DNA of 64,000 nucleotides from Octopus bimaculoides (taxonomy: Eukaryota): NCBI RefSeq assembly GCF_001194135.2, contig NC_068994.1, forward strand, positions 17,854,558 to 17,918,557, given 5' to 3'. The notes below the pieces were generated by a model that worked only from the letters and a program-made list of their open reading frames with translations, ran no database searches and had not been told where the DNA came from. Position 1 is the first letter of the stretch. Every line of letters begins with the position of its first letter. Made by a program: the position numbers and the translations under genes. Positions 1-13,700 of the stretch are shown here, piece by piece.

Positions 1-13
1 AATGATATACATA

Positions 14-406
14 GGTGCGGGAGTGGCTGTGTGGTAAATAGCTCGCTTACCAACCACATGGTTCCGGGTTCAGTCCCACTGCGTGGCACCTTGGGCAAGT
101 GTCTTCTACTATAGCCTGGGCCGACCAAAGCATTGTGAGTGGATTTGGTAGACGGAAACTGAAAGAAGCCCGTCGTATATATGTATATATATATATGTGT
201 GTGTTTCTGTGTTTATCCCCCCAACATCGCTTGAGAACCGATGCTGGTGTGTTTATGTCCCCGTAACTTAGCGGTTCGGCAAAAGAGACCGATAGAATAA
301 GTACTAGGCTTCCAAAGAATAAGTCCTGGGGTCGATTTGCTCGACTAAAGGCGGTGCTCCAGCATGGCCGCAGTCAAATGACTGAAACAAGTAAAAGAGT
401 AAAAGA
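14..406 (+). mobile_element. tRNA-headed SINE family A (internal TA/TG microsatellite), young copy
   Basis: GGAGTGGCTGTGTGGT A-box-like and GGTTCAGTCCC B-box-like head; near-identical to 17082-17487; many more copies in the window. Confidence 0.85.
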
Positions 407-549
407 TACCCTCAGGCCTTCAAGCCGGCTATCCACATACTAGAAATAACAGCCAAATCTCACAAAACTGCGATAACATTTGGAAATTTCGAAAATGCGA
501 TTTTCACCGGAGCCAAGAAACAAAATAAAAATAGTGTAATATATGTAAA

Positions 550-1275
550 NNNNNNNNNNNNNNNNNNNNNNNNNNNNNNNNNNNNNNNNNNNNNNNNNNN
601 NNNNNNNNNNNNNNNNNNNNNNNNNNNNNNNNNNNNNNNNNNNNNNNNNNNNNNNNNNNNNNNNNNNNNNNNNNNNNNNNNNNNNNNNNNNNNNNNNNNN
701 NNNNNNNNNNNNNNNNNNNNNNNNNNNNNNNNNNNNNNNNNNNNNNNNNNNNNNNNNNNNNNNNNNNNNNNNNNNNNNNNNNNNNNNNNNNNNNNNNNNN
801 NNNNNNNNNNNNNNNNNNNNNNNNNNNNNNNNNNNNNNNNNNNNNNNNNNNNNNNNNNNNNNNNNNNNNNNNNNNNNNNNNNNNNNNNNNNNNNNNNNNN
901 NNNNNNNNNNNNNNNNNNNNNNNNNNNNNNNNNNNNNNNNNNNNNNNNNNNNNNNNNNNNNNNNNNNNNNNNNNNNNNNNNNNNNNNNNNNNNNNNNNNN
1001 NNNNNNNNNNNNNNNNNNNNNNNNNNNNNNNNNNNNNNNNNNNNNNNNNNNNNNNNNNNNNNNNNNNNNNNNNNNNNNNNNNNNNNNNNNNNNNNNNNNN
1101 NNNNNNNNNNNNNNNNNNNNNNNNNNNNNNNNNNNNNNNNNNNNNNNNNNNNNNNNNNNNNNNNNNNNNNNNNNNNNNNNNNNNNNNNNNNNNNNNNNNN
1201 NNNNNNNNNNNNNNNNNNNNNNNNNNNNNNNNNNNNNNNNNNNNNNNNNNNNNNNNNNNNNNNNNNNNNNNNNNN
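550..1275. other. assembly gap (N run)
   Basis: Other gaps: 2383-2419, 14558-15371, 25900-26136, 29294-29303, 46558-46884. Confidence 0.99.
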
Positions 1276-2958
1276 CAAAAAAATTTTTTTGCATAATTGT
1301 ATCAATTCCATTATGCAGAAGACAGAATCGGAAAAGTTTTATAAAAATTCGTAAAAATAAAAAAAGTTATTAGGGGTTTTAGCACATGCTTAATTTCCAT
1401 TCTTTCTCGATTTTTTTTTTCTTTTTTTTAAATCATAGTTTTAAAATATGGACATTAGCAACATTTTTCTGAAGATTCCAAAAAATAAAAAAGTTATGAG
1501 GAGTTATAATGGAGTGCTTGAACTAGAATTCTGCCTAAGTTAAAAAAAATAAAATTACCTTTTTCAGAGTCCGAAACAAAAGGATGGGGAAAATTTTCTT
1601 CCAGAATCATTATCTACCTTGAATACAATACATAAAAGAATTTTTTCTAGTCAAAAGTGAACTTGTTACAACTGGCTGCAATAAAATGGGTGGATTGACA
1701 GAATCGCAATTTCCAGTACTTAAAAAAAACCCTATAAATTTAACCCATAAGCATTTAGAAATTTTAGGGAGAAAAAGTAATGGAAGTGCTTGTTTCAAAA
1801 TGCTATCACAGTTTAATGTAATTTATGATAAAAAGCACAAATGAATTACAGTTGATAATCGTCTATAACTTTACACAAAAATGTGAAAACCACTTTTTTC
1901 TCCACACAAATTCCTTTATCTATGATGGGAAAAGTAAATTTGGTATTCAAAGAGAAACTTGTTGGCCAAAGCTAATCCATAAAAGACTGGTAGTTTATTG
2001 CGAGAAGATGCTTGTTCTTGAGAGAGAGAAAACTATGCCAACATCACAGTTGTTGACTGAGAAGAGAAACGGGGTAATTTGTTAGGTGTAGTAAACTGGG
2101 TTGTGTTGGAAGAGGTGTTAGGAAATTAAAGTAAAGGTGAGCGGTGGTGAAGTTAGTCTCTAGGACTAGGTCAGTTGAAAAGAGGGCAGTGAGGTTCGGA
2201 AAATTACGAACTTTGAGAAGTTGGAAGGCAGAACAGTAGGATGGTGGTTAAGAAGGTTGAACTAATTTTTGGCATCTGGGTTCAGTCCCACTGCATGGCA
2301 CCTCAGGCAAGTGTCTTCTACTATAACCTTGAGCCGACCAAAACCTTGTAAGTGGGTTTGATAGACACAAACTGAAAGAAACNNNNNNNNNNNNNNNNNN
2401 NNNNNNNNNNNNNNNNNNNACACACTGCTTGACAACTGACATTAGTGTGTTTACGTTCCCATAGCCTAGTGGTTTGACAAAGGAGACTGATAGAATTAGT
2501 ACCATGCTTGAAAAACAAATACCCGGGGTCCATTCATTCGACTAAAACTTCTGTGTGTCTTTGTCCCTTACCACCTTGACAACTGGTGTTGGTGTATTTA
2601 TGTCCCTGTAATTTAGTGGTTCAGCTTCACAAAAACAAAAGCTCTGAGGTTGATTTGTTATACTAAAATTCTTCAAAAATGGTGCCCCAGCTTGGTTGCA
2701 GTCTAGTGACTGGAACAAATAAATGATAAAAAATGCCTACTCAAGTGTGCCCTTCACCCCACCTGTGTTTCCTCATGACTTTCAGTAAAATGGAAATGGA
2801 TTATATTTAATTAAATTTTCTACAAATATCTTTCAGTTGGTGTAGATTATGATTACATCAAAATTTAATTTGGAAAAAAAATGGTGGCCGTGCTCACATA
2901 TTGACACATCCCCCATTTTCCTTTTATTTTTCTAGTATCATAATTTATGTGCTTAGAG

Positions 2959-3116
2959 CAGTGCTCCGCAACCTTTGTTCACTTGCAGCACACTTACATT
3001 CTTTTCAAAATTCAGTGGCACACCTAAACTAAAAGTATAGGGAAAAAAAAACTATATCCAGGTTACTCTGTGGTACACCTAGCATCATCTTGTGGTATAC
3101 CAGTTGCAGAGCACTA
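2959..3116. mobile_element. hAT-type MITE with 8-bp TSD
   Basis: CAGTGCTC...GAGCACTA ends; TSD gcttagag / gcttaaag; second copy at 42008-42188. Confidence 0.75.
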
Positions 3117-5699
3117 GCTTAAAGCATATTCATCCAAAGAAATTAAGGTTTCTTGCAGTGTAGATAATTTCCTACCCTCTCCTGTAGTAACACACAATGC
3201 CTGTTTAGCTCTCATCTTGAAGGATTCTGTCAACTTCATGAATATTATCATCAGGATCAACAAAGTTTGTCATATTTAAGCACATCAAGTACATACATCC
3301 TATCATCAAGTTGGTAGAGTGATGGATGAAATGTTCTGAATTTCATTGTCTTTTTGCATTCTGATTTCAAATTCTGCAGAAGTTCATAAAATATGTACTC
3401 GGTATAATCAATTGAACCCTGTCCTCAAAACGGTGACCTTGCATCTCTGTTCTACTCCACCAGACCTAATGTCTTTCAAAGCTAATAATACTTCGTTACT
3501 GCTGCTCCTTACAGGAATTCTGTAGTTGTTGGGCTTCATAACCTCATACACCATTTAAATCAGCCATATCACATCCAAATATTCTACCCGTATTTTCTAC
3601 AAACTGACCAGATCTAGCCTGTCATACAATGTCATTGTAGCCATCTGACTCACCAGTCCTCAGTCAAATCGTCCAACCCATGCTAGCATGGAAAGCAGAC
3701 ATTAAACAATGATGATGATCATCATCATTGAAATCTTGAAGCTATGAGATAATGCATGATTAACCCTTTATTCACATTGTTTTGAATTAGTCTTGAATTA
3801 TCTTATAGCTTATAGATTTCAATATGATTATTTAATTTTTGTTTTTACATTCTGAGTTTAAATTCCACCAAGGTCAACTTTGCCTTCGATCCACTTGGGG
3901 TCCATAAAATAAGTACCAGTTGAGCACTCAAAATTACTGGCCTTATGCCAAAATGTGAAACCAGTATGATTGCTTAATTTTAGAAAGACAATGTAGAGTA
4001 GGTGTGAGAAACTAGATCTGGCTAGTTTGAACAGAAAACAATATTTGGCTTGGGCATGGCCATTTTGAATACTAAAGGGTTAATTTGAAACAATGTGAAT
4101 AAGCAATTATTACATTTGACAGTAATCTGAATGCTAAAGAGTTAAAGCATATGAAACACTAAGATTTGCTTGGAATTTTCACTCATAGTGTCGTGCACTT
4201 AGAAACCTGGAAAACACCAACTCCAGTCAATTAAATCTACTCCAATATTTAAACCAGCACTTTGTTTATTGACCCGAGATGGATGAAAGGTATGGTTAAC
4301 CTTGGTAGGACTTGACCTCATGATGTAAAGTGTCTCTACATTCTGAGTTAAATTCTTACCAAAGTCAATTTTACCTTCCATCCTTATGGGTGGAACGGAG
4401 GTGGGACATTAAGTATTCAAATTGATTTGATTGATAGCATCACCCTCTCCTCACAAAAAAGTGTGGCCTTGTACCTATGATAGTTCCCCCCCCCCACTCC
4501 CTTTTCTGCTATAGGCACAAGGCCTGAGATTTTGGATGATGGAACTAGTCAATTACATTGACCACAGTACTCAATTGGTATTTTATTTTATTGACCTCCT
4601 TGAAAGGATGGACTGCAAAGTTGACCGTGACAGAATTTGAACTCAGGATGCAAAGCCAGAAGAAAAGCTGTTAAGCATTTTGTCCAGCATACCAATGATT
4701 GCCTTCATTATGAAGGCAGTCAGCTGACAGAATTGTTTGAGGATTGGAAAATGTGCTCAGTGGCTTTTCCAGCTTTAGACTCAAATGTTGCCAAGGTCCA
4801 CTTTGCCTTTCATCCTTTTGGGGGTTGATAAAATAAGTACCAGTTGCGCACTGGGGTTGATTTAATTGACTAGCTTCCTCCCACCAAGTTCATGCCTTGT
4901 GCTTATAGTAGAAAGAATTATTATTATCGGTGACACATAAAAGGCACCCATTGCTGGTAACCTGTAAGAGGGTCCCCAGTACATTCTGTTGGGTGGTTGA
5001 CATTAAGAAGGGCATCCATCTGTAGAAACCAAAGCAGACTGGAGCCCTGTGTAGCTCTACAGCTTGCCAGCTCCAATCAAACCATGTTACCCATGCTAGC
5101 ATAGAAAACAGATGCATGATGGTGGTGGTGGTGGTAGTAGTAGTGATGGTGATCATTATTATTGACTTATTCATGAATGTCAAGGTCTGTTGTCACATTT
5201 GTCTGCCTTTTTCAGTTATATCTGCTTTGTCCATGAAATTCTTATATCTGCATTTATTTGTGTTTAGCCGCAATTCTCAATCATGTTACATGTATATTAT
5301 TTTTCTTAACACAAAGAGAATATACTTAACCCTTTTGTTACCGTATTTATTTTGAGATGCTCTGTGTTTCTTTGAATTACTTTAAATATAACAAAGAATT
5401 TAGTAAAATAACTTAGTTATCATTTAGCTAGTGTTAGGAACATAAATTGTGACTAAGGTTTGGAGAAAGATTTTAATTCAAAACTTATAAAAACAATTGG
5501 TAACAAAAGGGTTAATACACTAAAAAAAAACATTGCCACTGTTATAAGTGTTTTGTTTTGTCTTAACTAATGATAATTATTGATTCCATTACACCACAAA
5601 ACAGTATAATTTACCATGTCATGTTATAGTGTATCACTGTATTGTCTCTATATGCATTGCCATTGTACTTATGTTTCTTTTCTCTTCTTTCTCTTTCAG

Positions 5700-5781
5700 T
5701 TCTGAACGTAGTATGGATAGTACTACTTTGTCCCCACATCGTCTTGTGGACCTGGATCTATCTGATTTTGATGAACACCAG
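5700..5781 (+). CDS. copy 1 exon A (phase 2 to 0): [27 protein letters not shown]
   Basis: Long pyrimidine tract + CAG at 5697-5699; CAG|gtatag donor; paralogous exon at 54724-54802. Confidence 0.8.
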
Positions 5782-7732
5782 GTATAGAAAAGTATATTTG
5801 ATTTGATTTTGGTAGGGATCTTTTCCCACTAACAGTAACGGAGAAAGTGTAGATCTTTTTCCATTAGCTTTAGGATCACACACAAGCAATCTGGATGCAA
5901 TTCCTGAAATGGAAAATATCTACATTTACATTAAAAAAATTTTTTAAAGATTATAAATTTACAACAACAAAATGAATTAAATAAAATTCTTGTTTTAATA
6001 ACTGTCCCTCTTATTTCTTTATTGCCCACAAGGGGCTAAACATAGAGGGGACAAAGAAGGACATACTAAGGGATTAAGTCGATTACATCGATCCCCAGTG
6101 TGTAACTGGTACTTAATTTATCGACCTCGAAAGGATGAAAGGCATAGTCGACCTCGGCAGAATTTGAACTCAGAACGTAACGGCAGACGAAATACCGCTA
6201 AACATTTCGCCCGGTGTGCTAAAGTTTCTGCCAGGTCGCCGCCTTTTATAACTGTCCTCTGTCACACTCTAACCTCTCATCACCTAGCACTAAGCCACTT
6301 CCTCCAATGTCCCACCTCTCAAAGGATCTTTGTCTTGCAAGTTACTTGCTGACACCACCAGTGCTGGTACCACATAAAAAAAAGACATTCAGTCCACACT
6401 GTAAAGAGGTTGGCATTTGGAAGGACATCCAGCTGTAAAAACCATGCCAAAATAGACCTCACTAGTGCCACGTAAAAAGCACTGTCCACTCTGTAATGTG
6501 GTTGGTGTTAGGAAGGGCATCCAGCTATAAAAGCCATGCCAAAATAGACTGTGAAGCCTGGTGTAGTCTTCTGTCTAGCCAGCTCCTGTCAAACATTCCA
6601 ACTCCTGCCAGCATGGAAAACAAACGTTAGATGATTATGAATGTAGGACAATTTAACCTTTTGATAGCAGCCTGCCCAAAACTGCCCCAAGTTCTATGAT
6701 ACAAGCTTCTTGTTCTAAGATAACCTAAATTAAAGTTTTCCATCAAAATTGCATGTTATCAGGTTATTAAGAATGAAATGTCCGATTTTCTTATGCACCA
6801 TGTTTGACAGTCGTTAACTCTTATGTTTTATCCTGACAATTCTTTGTTTTACAATGTTGAAGAGTCACATCATCACTTTCTGAAATGCAGTTCATGATGT
6901 CTGATTATATTGAGTTTTCTCATGTAAATCAATTTTTGTGAACCCTTGGATAGATCAAAAATTCATGTTGTTTATGAATATGAGTTCTGTTGTGAAACCA
7001 GTGCATTCCAGACAGCTTGAAACATCAATGAGGCGTTTAGTGAAGATGTGGTTAACGAGCACACTATGTTAATGGTTTGAAAAGTTCCGGTCTAGTGACT
7101 TTATGGATCTTTCTGAATTGACGGGCACCACTTTTCATTTATGTTTTATGTAGTGTTTTTGGTACCGAAACACTTTCAAACTTCATATATTTCTATATTT
7201 TGTGTTATAGAACAGACAAAAATTTTTGTATTCGAAGTTATTTCATGTAAAAAATTATCGTATTTCGGTAATTTCAACCAATCACTGACGTCTATTTAGG
7301 TGAAAAGATTTACTGCTATGAAATATAAACAACATATTCTAGCGGTGTAATGGGATCTTTTCCCTTGAATAAAATTAGCCTGCTCGTGAAATTAACGTGC
7401 AAGTGGCTGAGCACTCCACAGACACGTGTATCCTTAACGTAGCTCTCAGGGATATTCAGCGTGACACAGTGTGACATGGCCGACCCTTTGAATTACAGGC
7501 ACAACAGAAACAGGAAATAAGAGAAAGTTGTGGTGAAAGAGTACAGCAGGGTTCGCCACCATCCCCTGCCAGAGCCTCATGGAGCTTTAGGTGTTTTCGC
7601 TCAATAAACACTCACAACGCCCGGTCTGGGAATTGAAACCGCGATCCTATGACCGCGAGTCCGCTGCCCTAACCACTGGGCCATTGCGCCTCCACACATT
7701 CACTCTTATAAATGTATATATATGTACATACA

Positions 7733-7773
<41 letters not shown>

Positions 7774-10700
7774 TTACTAGATTGCTAACATTTATTAATG
7801 GTTTTCCCCATTGTATTGATGTGCCGTTTTCTATCATTAAGTAAACTGCCGACACAGGTATGCTAGTATATATATATATATAAAATACACACACTCACAC
7901 ACAGAGCAGGCTTCCACACAGTTTCTGTCTACCAAATTCACTCACAAGTCATTTATTAGGCTGATAGTAGAAGACATTTGCCCAAGGTCTGTGCATTGAG
8001 ATTGAACCCAAAACCATATGGTTACAAAGCAAGCTTCTAAAAAACAACTGATACCTTTATTTATTTTTAATAGCATGTGCTAATTTTTATTTGAGATAAG
8101 TTATTTAACAAGCTAAAACACTGTTAATGTAATGATTGTTTTATTGTTTTGTCTTAATTTTTAGGTCAAGGGTTGTGATTCTTCCAAAGAGAATAGAAAA
8201 GTTGAAATTTTTGACGTCAGTTCTCATTTGGAAGCTCCTTCCAACTGTGAGTCTGGTTTTTCTGTATTGGAAATTACTTGCTCTGTGGAACAATCTCCTG
8301 TCAAAATAGTTCCCAACGAGAAGCCAAGGAAGAAGAAGTTGATGACAAAACAGTGAGTGCTTTTTTTTTTCTTTTTTTTTTTCCTTTTTTTTTAATGTAT
8401 TTTAAGTCCTGTTGGTGTATGGTGGTTAAAATCGGTTTCAAATTTTGGTGTAAAGCCAGAAATTTTGAGGTACAGGATAAGTCAATTACATCAACTCCAA
8501 CGCTCAACTGGCAGTTATTTTATTGACCCTGAAATATGAAAGTCAAAGTTGACCTTGGCAGAATTTGAACTCAGAACATTAGTGTTCAAAATGCTGCTAA
8601 GCATTTTGCCTGGCATGCTAACAATTCTGCCAGCTTGCCACTTAAATAGTGTGACTGAAATTGAGTAACTTATGGATAATCTATAATTTTGAATTTTTTT
8701 TTTTTTTTTCTCTCAATTTTATTGATTCCTAAATGGAACCATTTCCAAGTGTTTTATATTCTTTTACTAGTTTCAGTTAGCAAATAGATGGCCTCTTGAG
8801 GCTTTGAGTGGAGCAAACTGGTGATAACCTTGAAGGAGCAAAATCAGGACTATGTAAAGGATGTTCCAATATTTTAAATTTTGGTTTCTTGTAGATTTCA
8901 ACAAAGTAAAAACAAACTAACATGAGGATAGGTATTATCATACAACACAATGCCTTTGACAGTAGTCTTCAGTGTTTGCTTCAAATTGCAGGTTGCTAAA
9001 ATGAGTGCTCTGATAACACTCCAGTATGGATCATTGCAAGTGCAAAATCAACTGTCAGTATCACTTTTCCTAATGGGTGATTGTGGATTGTGTTTACACT
9101 CCATTCTCTGGAGTTTACTGTCCAGTAGTGATGTGTTCATGTTTTATCATCAGTTGTTTCTTTCCAAGACGGTTTCAGTTTTGTTACCATAGCCACCCAA
9201 TGATCGTGTCCTTAATTATCACCTGGTCTGCTATCAAAGCTCAGATTTTTCCCTAACCATAAAAATGGTCTTGAAATTATCTCCCCTTCTTTAAAAGTCA
9301 TTAAGATTTACTGCTAAGCTTTTGTTTTCTTTCTCCTACCAAGAGGGAAATTTTTAACTAATTAAATACATGTATATATCTTAGGTTTTTGTCTCTGCTA
9401 TTATGTTCATGTACATATGGATATAATTATCTATTGGATTTATCCTATAGTGTTGCTTAGTGAAATTGATCTGAAATCAGCCATTGCAAAGTGAATTCTT
9501 TAACTACAACTACACTATACAAACATATTGTCAGTGCCAGATCTGATCCACATTGAGTTTCTGGGAAGGTGAGGGTAAGATGGTTAATAACTTTGGCAAA
9601 GATCTTACCAATAAGAATGAAGAGGGATATATTCCAATGGATCTCTGGGATAATGTTACATATACAGATGCATAACTTGGAGATCAGGGAGTCTCACATT
9701 GGGAAACCACAGCTCTGGTACTATGGATATTTGGTTAGAATGCTGCAGGAAAGGATTGCAAAACAGATTTTTCAAGCTGAGTCAAGTGGTGAGAGACTTA
9801 GGGGTAGACCACAAGTGAGATGGTTGGATAATATCCACAATCACAGTTGGTTATTTTTGGGAATCCAACAGGAAAGTTTAATGACAGTTGTTTCTGATAG
9901 GACCCCTATGGAGAAGATGCCTAAGCACTCTAACCTTCCCAGGAATAATTAGCAGCAGAAATGGATGGATGGAAGTTACTTAACCACTTTGGTTGTTTCT
10001 GCAATCATTTGGATATTGTTGAGTACAGCAGTCATTGGAGTGTGGGGTATTCGTCAAAGGCTTCGTCAACGATTACACTGTGTTACCCAATTTTTGTCCT
10101 TGGGTGGCAGTTATTATTTCCTAGTTGCTTACGCCTAGAAAGAACGAAAAATGGTTAGCATTTTCTTCAAAATTTGCTTTTGTTACATTTATTCAAACCC
10201 TAAAGAATCCCTCTCAACACATGGTTTGGATGCTCCCCCACTACTCCTGCTCGTGATCAGAGATGCACATATTGTCAGTCACTAAGGGAAACGCTCAAGT
10301 GGTTACGGTCAAGCAACTGACAAGCAAATCTGTGATATTAAGCAGAATATTTGCTCTATCGATATTTCTGCTTCAGCAACTCAGCACTGAATTTGTCTGA
10401 AATGTAATGGAAAATAGGTCAGTTTGAAAACATTGATGTCCAGATGACAAAAGTAAAGTTTGAAGGGAATAGTAATTTTCTTTGATTTCTAGAAAGAAGC
10501 AAATAGGAAATAACACTTACTGACCAAAGACAAAATAAAAAATTAAAGTTTTGTTACATAGTGTCATCAGTGTACTAATTAACAATGTCATAAACAATAG
10601 CTTCAGCACAGTAAACAAGAAATTATGTTAACTAATGAGCTTGAACAAAAAGGCCAAAAGACTGCTAATATACAATAAGGCACAAGCATAGGTGCTTGTT

Positions 10701-13700
10701 AAAAATGTTCACTTTGCAGCCATTTGGTTGCATATCTATCCCACTGCGTGGTGCCATGGGTAAATGTCTTCTACTATAGCCTTCAGTTTTATATGGTAAT
10801 GAAACATGGACTTGGTACTGCCAACATGTGGTGGTAGGTGGTGGGGATGACACAAAACTAAGTTAGTTTAACCTAAGATGCATTTAGAAAATCATTATTT
10901 TAAAATATTAAATTCTTGATTAAAAAATTTTTTTTTTTGCATCACAATGTCATTTAAAATCATTGATTAGTTGTAAAATAATCCCTTTGTCTATATTATC
11001 AGTACATTGAAGTAATTGTAATGCTTGTTTTTTCTCTTTAATGAACTTTTCAGGAATATACCAAATATTTTAGTGGATGTTATATCACCACAATTTAAAA
11101 GTAAGTTAGTATTTTATATTTCCTGTAATGTCTTTGGTTTTGCTTTGGTGTTTTTTATTATATCTTATTAATTTCTTTGTTAAATCTCAAACAAATTATT
11201 GTAAATGAAAGTGCAGGCTATGCGGTTAAGAGGTTTTCTTCCCGACCACATGGTTTCAGGTTCAGTCCTACTGCATAGTGACGAAAGCAAGTGTCCTCTA
11301 CTATAATCCAAAGCTGACCAAAGCCTTATAAGTGAATTTTGTTGATGGAAACAGAAAGAAATTCTATTTGTGTTTATGTATACCAAGACGGCGATCTTTG
11401 TCTCTCCTTCTCTTGGCATCACATGATCATTGTAAATGAGCATCACCATCATACAAGCAGTGTCATTGATTTCCAATCTGTGAAAATGTGTCTGGCTATG
11501 GGAGAATACTATCTTACTTGATGATAGGTAGGGCATCCAGCTGAAGAAAATCTGCCTCAATGCATTCTGTCTAACCCATGTAATCACAGAAAAGTGGATG
11601 TTAAAACAATGGTGAGTTGTTGCTTCTAATGGATTATAATTTGGATGCTTCAAACCCCAAAAGTTCAGAATATGAGATTAGTACTTGATTAGGGTTTCTA
11701 TTTTCAGGTCTGGTTTGTAGTTGTTGGCAATAACTGCAACAGATTGATATGCTAAGCTTTTTATTTCTTTAAAATAGGCATACTAAAGTCACATTTTATT
11801 TCCTTAAAATATGGATACTAAGTTGACACTTTCTAGGTCCAATTGAATTGTATAAAAGATAGCAACAAGCATTCTATTTATGGCAATTAATTCACACTCT
11901 ACCAAGTAGCTGGTGGGCAGGAAATGTTGAAAATTACTTCAGTTTTTTAATCAATCTATTTCTTAAACTTATTTAGTAATTTGCAAAGTTTTACTCTATA
12001 GGTTTGACCATGTTAACTTGTCTTACTACAAGGTTTTTATTTGTAATAACACAAAACTGCAAATACATTAAACATGTACAAACACATCATGCAGGCAATT
12101 ACATACTGTAAATCACGTACAACATGAGTAACAATCAAGAATTTTGGTATTTCCTAGAGAGAAAAAAAAATAAGATGTTGGTTCTTCTACTACCTTTTCT
12201 TAACTGTATTAAATTAGATAATTCTAAATGTGAATATGACATGAGTTATTCTCTTTTCAGGTAATTTCAAAAAGAATACCAGTACAGAAAATAATAGCTT
12301 TATTAAACCTGATAAAGATTATGAACTAAAAGGGTATGTTGATTTTTTAAAAAATTTTCTTTTTCAAACGCTGTCTTATAACTTGCAAAACTGCTCACCT
12401 ATGGGTTTCATCTGTCTTGTCTCATGGATTGATTGCTTCCTGCCAATCTTTATACTATATACTGCTAGAGCTCTCTGTGACCAATAAACTCTGGTATTTC
12501 AATGTTCAGGTTTGTCTCTCCCACTCTTCATCTTATATATCAACAAGCTTCTTATCACCTCCAGTAATGCCCTCCAGAAGGAGAGAAAGCATTCTTCCCT
12601 CACCTTGTGCAGCCAAGCATCATTGATATATAATCTAGTTACTTTATGCCGAATCAACACTGACTCTATAAACAGAGACTTCAAAAATATCCTCTGTTGC
12701 CATTGCGCTAATCTTGTCTCCTTCAATAGCACAAGGACATGTTAATTATATGCATCAAGAAAATATTATACCCTTACATTTCTGGCTATATGAAATCTTG
12801 AGGGTTTCTGACTGTATGAAACCCTCAAGATTACTGCAAATGTTTGGTCTTCTTATTTAGAACCAGAAAATACTTTAGTCCCTAACAATTACTGGCCCTC
12901 TGCAAGTTTCAGGTGAAACCTACAATAGAGAATTATTCTGACATCTTGAACAATGCTGCTGTTCCACACGCTGATGACCTAAATCACATATAAAGGCCAC
13001 TTGACTGTTTGGCATGAAGATACTCATCAATACACTCTCCCCTTAGACATGCTGTCTCCTTTCTCTGCCTTTCCGAGGTTTCTGCTCTGAGCTGGCTGGT
13101 CTTGTGCCACTTCTATTTGGGCACTTACAATTTATCTTTCTCTCATCATATTGCGTGCAACAATCTCACACTAACCTCTATACCCAGAACTTTGCATTCA
13201 ATTTGTTGGCCCTCTGGAATTCTCTCCTTGAACATGTTTTACATGCAGCTGTCAACCCACAGCTGCTTTGGAAACATGTTAATTGCATCAATCCCAAGTC
13301 TCAGAGGACCTGTGTGGGACATGAGCACAAGCCATTTCCTTCACATTGAGACAAAGAAATTAAAATCTAAAGGAAAGCCTGGGTTTAAAAAGTTGCTTTT
13401 GAAATGATGCTATTTCTATATTAACTTTGTTCACTTTATTTTTTTCAGTGTAAAATCATCATCAAAACCTCAAAAGAAAGGTAGGCTTTCATTCTACTCT
13501 AGCTGTTATTTGCTATCTTCATCAATTTAGACCAAGTAATTTCATTATAAATTAACTAAGATTTTAATGTAAATTATATAAGACATTACAAACAGTAATT
13601 TGAAGCTGAAAAAGACAGCAGCATTGCTATAGGGGCTCCTGTCACCTGTTAATTCATAGATATATGATATCATTCTTATCTGTGTTTTTATCTTTTAAAT

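Noticed and set aside
440-1311. Long ORFs of 100-340 aa in the ORF track (also at 14414-15442, 25741-26464, 46388-47087)
   Set aside because: They are produced by N runs and are not real coding sequence.
5525-5600. Faint resemblance to the exon B acceptor region
   Set aside because: Short AT-rich similarity that I cannot distinguish from chance.
1300-5600. Homolog of copy 2 exon 3 for copy 1
   Set aside because: No alignable phase 1-to-2 exon was found; it presumably lies in the 550-1275 gap or upstream of the window.
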